From the sequence record KT919973.1: a stretch of DNA of 64,000 bases. One strand, 5' to 3'. Every line of letters begins with the position of its first letter. Within the stretch, counting starts at the first letter, position 1. Below are positions 31,218-37,014 of the stretch, one piece after another. Below the pieces are notes generated by a model. The model was not told the DNA's origin and did no database searches. It saw nothing but the letters and a program-made list of their open reading frames with translations. The position numbers and the translations under genes are program-made.

Positions 31218-31844
31218 TTAACCGTATACTGATTTGATATTGTCGAAAAACGCAGTTGAACCGTGTAGTTTCGCTACAACATACGATGCATTCTGACGAA
31301 CAAGTTGTTTAACGTTCAGTTCTTTCAACTGCTCTTTTGACAAGTTCGCGCTATGTACAAGCGTAAGAATAGAACGTGCGTGATCTGACAATGCAAGCGT
31401 TGAAATATAACGAGCTTGCTGTTTCGGTTCAAGCTTTTTAAATGCATCAACCGCTTGTGGACCCGCAACAGCTACTGCACGCCCCAGACCAAGATTGAGA
31501 ACACGTGTCAATAGAGATTCCATCCCTAATACAGGCTTACGTGGCGACTCGCGTTTTGGCATGAGTACTTCTAATTTACCGTCACCTTTCAACGTGTATA
31601 CAGGAATCTCGGTGTGACCGAACGTTTCGAATCGAGTGACCATGATTTCAGGTGCATTCTGAACGTTAGCTTGAACACGACGACGAAGACGCTCATCATA
31701 TTCACCGCCATTAAGTGAATATACAATCTCTGCAACTGTCAAGTCACGCTTTTCAAGCAATTGAATTACTGCTTTGCGGAAGTTACGACGCTTAGGTGAC
31801 TCGTTAGTTGCAAGTGCTTTACGTACGATGTCTAAATCTTTCAT
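31218..31844 (-). CDS. Hypothetical protein with N-terminal winged-HTH-like segment
   Basis: RKAVIQLLEKRDLTVAEIVYSL pattern; early operon; GAGAG SD. Confidence 0.5.
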   Translation of the reverse strand: MKDLDIVRKALATNESPKRRNFRKAVIQLLEKRDLTVAEIVYSLNGGEYDERLRRRVQANVQNAPEIMVTRFETFGHTEIPVYTLKGDGKLEVLMPKRESPRKPVLGMESLLTRVLNLGLGRAVAVAGPQAVDAFKKLEPKQQARYISTLALSDHARSILTLVHSANLSKEQLKELNVKQLVRQNASYVVAKLHGSTAFFDNIKSVYG

Positions 31845-31859
31845 AATATATTTCTCTCA

Positions 31860-32126
31860 TTAAATTACGATTGGCTCTTGAATAGCCATGAATGTCTTGC
31901 CAGTGAATTCTTGATATGCTTCATGAAAGCTGTCAAGTTCATCGTCAACAATTATTTTTTCACCAGTACCAAATGAATATAAAATACTGTCATATTTACC
32001 TGTTGCAGTATTAAACATCGGTTCAGTTGTGAATTTAACGCCACACGGTGTATAAAACTCCCTAGGTTTTTCAACAGGAACTTGTACAGCGTTATGTTCA
32101 GCAAAAGCTGTTTCGAGTTTGTTCAT
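31860..32126 (-). CDS. Hypothetical protein (88 aa)
   Basis: First gene after the early promoter; GAGAG SD. Confidence 0.65.
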   Translation of the reverse strand: MNKLETAFAEHNAVQVPVEKPREFYTPCGVKFTTEPMFNTATGKYDSILYSFGTGEKIIVDDELDSFHEAYQEFTGKTFMAIQEPIVI

Positions 32127-32163
32127 ATTCTGCTCTCTTAGTTATGTTGTGTTAACGATGACT

Positions 32164-32192
32164 ATAATAAGCAAAAACATTTGAGTTGTCAA
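32164..32192 (-). promoter_or_regulatory. Early sigma70-type promoter
   Basis: TTGACA-N17-TATTAT on the minus strand. Confidence 0.8.
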
Positions 32193-32681
32193 CTACTTTC
32201 TTCGCCATCTCTCAAGTTTTTCATCATATTCGCTATGCTTCCATAAGTCGAATACGATTGTACCTCTCTGAAACCACCAGACCAATGAAATAGTATCATT
32301 TAACTTAGGGTCTTTTGGGTTTTTTCCTGAATAAAATTCACTACTAGGGTGTGAGTGATAAATCGACTTTTTAACTGCGAACTTATACCCACCTTCAGGT
32401 TTACCGACTTCTTCTGGCGGGTATAAGTTACCTAGATACGCAACTTGATATACAGTGTTCTTGAATACGATTCGACTTGAATCAATATTGAAGAGCAAGT
32501 TCTGGTATTGAGCAGCATTCGCAGCAATCTTCCACGGGTGCTTCGGTTTCGTTTCTAGTAACTCATCGATTTTCGGCTCAGGGATTAGTTTGGCTAGGTT
32601 ATGATTACCCCACCCCTCTTCAAGTGATAAACTCAGTTCGATACCGTAAAGCGTGTTTTCATATTCATTAAATCGTAACAT
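32193..32681 (-). CDS. HigB/RelE-superfamily-like protein with N-terminal capsid-targeting-like propeptide
   Basis: KLIPEPKIDELLETKPKH, LGNLYP and WWFQRGTIVFDLWKHSEYDEK segments parallel HigB-family N-terminal, LxxxFP and THxEYD motifs; preceded by MLRFNEY...LEE. Confidence 0.55.
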   Translation of the reverse strand: MLRFNEYENTLYGIELSLSLEEGWGNHNLAKLIPEPKIDELLETKPKHPWKIAANAAQYQNLLFNIDSSRIVFKNTVYQVAYLGNLYPPEEVGKPEGGYKFAVKKSIYHSHPSSEFYSGKNPKDPKLNDTISLVWWFQRGTIVFDLWKHSEYDEKLERWRRK

Positions 32682-32684
32682 AAA

Positions 32685-33197
32685 TTACCTCAGATAAATG
32701 AAGCTGTTCGAAAGACGGTCGTGAACTAAAAGATGACCATTTCGCTTAACCCAATATTCAATCGTCTTCAATTCGTGAGAGTCGCGTCGACCTATATTCC
32801 AATCATGAATCACATCATGCGCAACTGGCTGATATAGCTCATCACCACGGCGATAAGTAGGCATCCATTTAGGCTTGAATTCGTCCTTGATTACTAATGT
32901 TACGTTTTCATCACCTAAAGGGGCATTAGCAGAAACACCTTCTAATTCTTTCTTAACGTCGTCTGAAAGCTCTTTGACTACAATCGCGTCCGATTCATCG
33001 ACTGATTCACAGCGCGTCTCAGACTCGATTACAGAGCATTCTAGTGGTAGTTCTTTAACCTCGCGTAGCTCGTGTGTGAATAACTCGTCGATCATCTTGC
33101 TTTTAGTCAGCGATTTATCAAGTTCGATGTCGTAGTACTCTTTTGCAAATTCTGCAACTACGCGCTTGGTTTGTTTCTTTAGATATTCTTTAATCAT
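32685..33197 (-). CDS. Inh paralogue
   Basis: EFAKEYYDIELDK shared with inh (EFAKEYYGIELDR); C-terminus IEYWVKRNGHLLVHDRLSNSFIYLR aligns with inh C-terminus. Confidence 0.75.
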   Translation of the reverse strand: MIKEYLKKQTKRVVAEFAKEYYDIELDKSLTKSKMIDELFTHELREVKELPLECSVIESETRCESVDESDAIVVKELSDDVKKELEGVSANAPLGDENVTLVIKDEFKPKWMPTYRRGDELYQPVAHDVIHDWNIGRRDSHELKTIEYWVKRNGHLLVHDRLSNSFIYLR

Positions 33198-33206
33198 AGT
33201 TTTACC

Positions 33207-33416
33207 TTAGCATTCAATTGTTACCCACACATTTCGATTTAAATCGAAAAATGTAAGTTCATTATCTGCACCGTTTTCATTTTTACGTTGTTCTTCTCGA
33301 TTGCAATCAAGATGTGGTAGATAATGCTTGCATAAAGTCGCGTGATATTTCTTGCCTTTATGCTCAAACTTAAAGCAACCATCTTTCATCTTGTAAAACA
33401 TTTCGTCTCTTGTCAT
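33207..33416 (-). CDS. Small hypothetical protein, possibly SH3/WYL_2 (DUF2693)-like
   Basis: MTRDEM..K..G, ATL...LP, FFDLNRNVW pattern; first gene after a late promoter. Confidence 0.45.
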   Translation of the reverse strand: MTRDEMFYKMKDGCFKFEHKGKKYHATLCKHYLPHLDCNREEQRKNENGADNELTFFDLNRNVWVTIEC

Positions 33417-33429
33417 GAATTTAGACCTC

Positions 33430-33455
33430 TATAAATACAGTTATACATATTTAGA
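33430..33455. promoter_or_regulatory. Divergent late promoters
   Basis: TATAAATA (+) 33430-37 and TCTAAATA (-) 33455-48. Confidence 0.75.
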
Positions 33456-33478
33456 CAAAACTCGCATAGAGGGTACTC

Positions 33479-34015
33479 ATGAGACATTTTGTGTATGAAA
33501 TACGACATACAAAAACAAATCGAATATACGTCGGTATACACTCATGTGATTGTGAATTCTTAGATACAAATTATTTCGGTTCTGGGATACATATCAAAAA
33601 TGCAATACGCAAGCATGGGAAGAGTGAATTCACTAGACGTGTGATAGCAGAATTTGACAACCGAGAAGACGCAGCAAATTTAGAGGCTGAGATCGTCACG
33701 CGAGAGTTTTGTGAACGTGATGATAGTTACAACATCAGAACTGGTGGCGATACGTGTTTTGAACATAGCAGCAAAACACGTGAGGTGATGTCCAAATCAC
33801 AATCAGGTGATAAGAATCACTTCTACGGGAAGACACACACTGCCGAAGCAAAGAATAAAATAGGCAAAAAGAATTCGATTAAATTAAAAGGGCGCGAGTT
33901 AGAAGCAAATAAATTGACCGCAACATGCCCACATTGTAATAAAACCGCACAACTCGCCAATATGAAGCGTTGGCATTTTGATAACTGCAAACACAGAGAA
34001 ATTAATGATGAGTGA
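33479..34015 (+). mobile_element. Free-standing Seg-type GIY-YIG homing endonuclease
   Basis: FVYEI...IYVGIH, YFGSG, E and YNI.TGG catalytic motifs; NUMOD3-like repeats; CPHC...RWHFDNC tail; same position as T4 segE, before uvsW. Confidence 0.88.
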
Positions 34016-35537
34016 TATTAAAATTGAATACCATGACGAAAGTTATGCACGAGTAGTTGCCGAGCCAAGCATCACTCATGAAATGATTGATTATTTTTCA
34101 TTCTTGACGGACGGGTACAAATTCAACCCGAAGTTCAAGGCAGGCATTTGGGATGGCAAAATTCGACTAATGACGTATCAAGGTCTATTACCATACGGTC
34201 TAGTCGGACAAGCTAAAGCGTTTGCATCAAATATGATGTATACGATTGAAACCGATCCAATGCTAGATCCGATTGAGAAAATTTCTCGTGAAGATTTCGA
34301 AGCATGGGTTGAGTCTATTGACATCTACTCAGGGTCGAATAAGATTTCACCGTATTGGTATCAGATGGACTCTGTGTTTCACGGAATTAACAACCAACAC
34401 AGTCTATTGAATCTACCAACATCTGCGGGTAAATCATTAATTCAGTCGCTGATTACTAAATGGTTCTTAGCACAAGAAGAGCACGAACTTCAGAAAGTAT
34501 TAGTGATTGTACCTACAACTGCACTTGTCCAGCAAATGCGCGATGACTTCTTAGATTATCGTTTATTCGAACACAACGACATTTATCAGATTCGTGGTGG
34601 GGTTGATCGAGACGCAATCGGTGACTGCCGTATCGTTGTATCTACATGGCAATCTGCTGTAAAACAACCGAAAGAATGGTTTGACCAATTCGGTATGCTT
34701 TTAGTCGATGAGTGTCACTTGGCAACAGGTAAGTCATTAGACGGTATAATCAAGAAAATGACAAACTGTGAATACAAAATCGGTCTTACTGGCTCACTTC
34801 GAGACGGTAAAGCGAATATTCTACAGTACGTTGGTTCATTCGGTGATATTTTCCGACCTGTTTCAACTGCACAGCTAATGGAAGAAGGGCAAGTAACAGA
34901 TCTGAAGATAAACTGTTTAATGCTTGAATACCCACAGCCGCTACGTGACGAAATGAAAGGTAGTTCATATCAAGAAGAGATGAAATTCATTCTTGAGAAC
35001 AAGCAGCGAAATCGTTACTTGATTAAGCTTGCGCATCATTTAAGCGCGAAGAAAGGTGAGAATACGTTATTGTTGTTCAAGAACATCAAACACGGTAAAT
35101 TACTTTACGAAGCGTTGAAGAGCGTATATGACCCAGAGAAAGTGTTCTACGTATCTGGTGAAACTAAAACTGACGACCGTACGCATGTTAAGAAGATTGC
35201 AGAAGATATTGACGGGGCTATTATCGTAGCATCGTATGGTGTATTCTCGACTGGTATCAGTATCAAGAAACTACACAATGTAATTTTCGCGCACCCAACG
35301 AAGAGTAAGATCATCAACTTGCAGTCGATTGGTCGTATTCTACGTAAACACGGTTCGAAAGTTACGGCGAAGCTGTTTGACATTATCGACAACTTGGCAA
35401 TCAAGCCGAAACGTAAGAACGCTAAGAAGCCGTACACTCACGTAAATTATACTATGAAGCATGGTATGCAACGTATTGAGCTTTACAACCAAGAAGAGTT
35501 CAAATACGCAGTCAAGAAAGTAGATCTTGCCGCATAG
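34005..35537 (+). CDS. uvsW: DNA helicase UvsW
   Basis: WDGKIRL, LNLPTSAGKSLI, IVPTTALV, VDECH, GLTGS, LQSIGRILR; start at ATG 34005 or 34008. Confidence 0.96.
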   Translation: MMSDIKIEYHDESYARVVAEPSITHEMIDYFSFLTDGYKFNPKFKAGIWDGKIRLMTYQGLLPYGLVGQAKAFASNMMYTIETDPMLDPIEKISREDFEAWVESIDIYSGSNKISPYWYQMDSVFHGINNQHSLLNLPTSAGKSLIQSLITKWFLAQEEHELQKVLVIVPTTALVQQMRDDFLDYRLFEHNDIYQIRGGVDRDAIGDCRIVVSTWQSAVKQPKEWFDQFGMLLVDECHLATGKSLDGIIKKMTNCEYKIGLTGSLRDGKANILQYVGSFGDIFRPVSTAQLMEEGQVTDLKINCLMLEYPQPLRDEMKGSSYQEEMKFILENKQRNRYLIKLAHHLSAKKGENTLLLFKNIKHGKLLYEALKSVYDPEKVFYVSGETKTDDRTHVKKIAEDIDGAIIVASYGVFSTGISIKKLHNVIFAHPTKSKIINLQSIGRILRKHGSKVTAKLFDIIDNLAIKPKRKNAKKPYTHVNYTMKHGMQRIELYNQEEFKYAVKKVDLAA

Positions 35538-35542
35538 ATACG

Positions 35543-35570
35543 AAAAAGGGAGCAATTTGCTCCCTTTTTT
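35543..35570. terminator. Bidirectional terminator
   Basis: AAAAAGGGAGCAA-T-TTGCTCCCTTTTTT between convergent genes. Confidence 0.85.
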
Positions 35571-35571
35571 A

Positions 35572-35682
35572 TTAGTCTGAAAAGATTGCTGAGAGAATCG
35601 CACCGATTAACTCAAAAAATAATTCAAATGGCGCCCATAGCCAGTCGAAGAACCCGCGATCTCGTTTACGATTCTTACTCAT
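35572..35682 (-). CDS. 36-aa basic/amphipathic membrane peptide (not in ORF track)
   Basis: Hand translation MSKNRKRDRGFFDWLWAPFELFFELIGAILSAIFSD; fills the gap between uvsY.-2 and the terminator. Confidence 0.55.
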   Translation of the reverse strand: MSKNRKRDRGFFDWLWAPFELFFELIGAILSAIFSD

Positions 35683-35686
35683 ATCT

Positions 35687-35857
35687 TTACCCGTTTAGTA
35701 GTTGTGTTTCTACAAGTTGCGTTTCGCCACCAGACTCAGAAATAGACATTTCTGATAAATGTTGCTGACATTGACCTGCGTGAACTGTGCCTTGTGGCGT
35801 ATCAATAGTGACATCGCCTTCTTTAATAGGTTGTTTACATACAACACAATGTGCCAT
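35687..35857 (-). CDS. UvsY.-2-like small protein (DUF2685)
   Basis: MAHCVVCKQPI...VHAGQC...ETQLL matches T4 uvsY.-2 by recall; start revised to ATG 35857. Confidence 0.8.
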   Translation of the reverse strand: MAHCVVCKQPIKEGDVTIDTPQGTVHAGQCQQHLSEMSISESGGETQLVETQLLNG

Positions 35858-36021
35858 TAGTCTAACCCCTTTTTTATAAGTGATTGGTAGAGATAAAACC
35901 CATCGACTTGTAAAGAGCCATGAAGTTCCCATCCCTCGTTAAGTAGTTTCTGCACTTCCTCTTCAAAAGTTCTTGAATTATTGCCATGCACTACTTTGTA
36001 TTTAATGTAATCGGTCTGCAT
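35857..36021 (-). CDS. 54-aa protein, DUF1737-like (not in ORF track)
   Basis: Hand translation MQTDYIKYKVVHGNNSRTFEEEVQKLLNEGWELHGSLQVDGFYLYQSLIKKGLD; TAATG coupling to the next gene. Confidence 0.65.
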   Translation of the reverse strand: MQTDYIKYKVVHGNNSRTFEEEVQKLLNEGWELHGSLQVDGFYLYQSLIKKGLD

Positions 36022-36022
36022 A

Positions 36023-36436
36023 TTACAGACCGATTGCTAGTTTGAACAACTGAGACGCTTTACCACCATCGAAAACTTTACCTGTAGCTTTTAGAGCGCC
36101 CATTAGTTTACCCATGTCACGCATAGAATCAGCACCAGTTTCTAGAACAAAGTTAGAAACGAACGTGTCTAGATCTGATTCAGAGATTTTTGCAGGTAGT
36201 AGAGACTCAAGAACTGCGTTTTCTGCGTTCAGAATGTCTACATGATCGCCTTGTGCGTGTCCAAGAGCAAGTTTGTTGTTGTCAATCGCGCTTGAGATTA
36301 CTTTGATGCAAGACTCGTCATCGTGTTTTTGACGACGGTCAAGTTCACCCATAATGACACCGAGTACAGACGCAACTGCGTTGTTACGGTCTTTACGAGC
36401 TTGTAGGCGTGTTGCTTTAATTTGTTCGATGATCAT
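36023..36436 (-). CDS. GatB/YqeY-domain protein
   Basis: QARKDRN..ASVL, E..VLESLLP..ISE..L, MRDMGKLMG.LK, DGGKASQL. Confidence 0.85.
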   Translation of the reverse strand: MIIEQIKATRLQARKDRNNAVASVLGVIMGELDRRQKHDDESCIKVISSAIDNNKLALGHAQGDHVDILNAENAVLESLLPAKISESDLDTFVSNFVLETGADSMRDMGKLMGALKATGKVFDGGKASQLFKLAIGL

Positions 36437-36846
36437 ACTATACCACTCTCAATTTTTCTGTTGTCAATAATGTGTTTGATTGTGAAGCCCATTTGACTAA
36501 TGCCTTTCAAAGCTTCTTCGATGAATGATAACACATCTTTCATGTGTTGAAAAGTAGCAATTGCACGTTGAAGATATTCATCACCCGCAAGAGCATATTT
36601 CATTTCACTCTTTTCTACGATGAAATCACAAACTTCATCGTCATGTTTGCCGCTATAAAAGAGCCAGCGGTCTTTTCTCACAGCTTCCATTTTCATTTCA
36701 GCTTTGATAAGTAGTTGTCTTGCATCGGCTCGATATGCAAGCCACTTCGCATGAAGAACGGGAATTCGAATAGCTGCTGTTTCTAAAGCAGTTGTGTCAA
36801 TTTTCACGTCTTCGTGATATTCAATTTTTAAATCTTGTAGCTTCAT
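36433..36846 (-). CDS. uvsY: Recombination mediator UvsY
   Basis: 137 aa; DVKIDTTALE, IPVLHAKW, YSGK, FTIKHIIDNRKIESG. Confidence 0.92.
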   Translation of the reverse strand: MKLQDLKIEYHEDVKIDTTALETAAIRIPVLHAKWLAYRADARQLLIKAEMKMEAVRKDRWLFYSGKHDDEVCDFIVEKSEMKYALAGDEYLQRAIATFQHMKDVLSFIEEALKGISQMGFTIKHIIDNRKIESGIV

Positions 36847-36864
36847 AATAACCTCGCGTCATCA

Positions 36865-36894
36865 AGTATACATTTCATCATTGGTTGCTTAAAC
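36865..36894 (-). promoter_or_regulatory. Putative uvsY promoter, GTTTAA-N18-TATACT
   Basis: Minus strand; 18 nt upstream of the ATG; GAGG SD follows. Confidence 0.6.
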
Positions 36895-36919
36895 ACTAAT
36901 CCCTCTAATACTTCTAATA

Positions 36920-36970
36920 TCACTAAAACCACTAATACTACTAAGATGAGACGGAATTTTTCCGCCTCTT
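36920..36970 (-). repeat. Dispersed intergenic repeat, copy 2
   Basis: Reverse complement is identical to 10346-10396. Confidence 0.95.
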
Positions 36971-36991
36971 ACCGTTTTTCGCTTCGCGTAT

Positions 36992-37014
36992 AAAAAAAGC
37001 CCCGAAGGGCTCTT
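36992..37014 (-). terminator. Terminator after gp35
   Basis: AAGAGCCC-TTCG-GGGCTTTTTTT on the minus strand. Confidence 0.85.

Noticed and set aside
31218-32681. HigB-like gene plus downstream HTH protein as a canonical higBA toxin-antitoxin operon
   Set aside because: A separate early promoter and an 88-aa gene lie between them, and the HTH is winged-helix-like, not XRE/HigA-like; a pairing cannot be fully excluded
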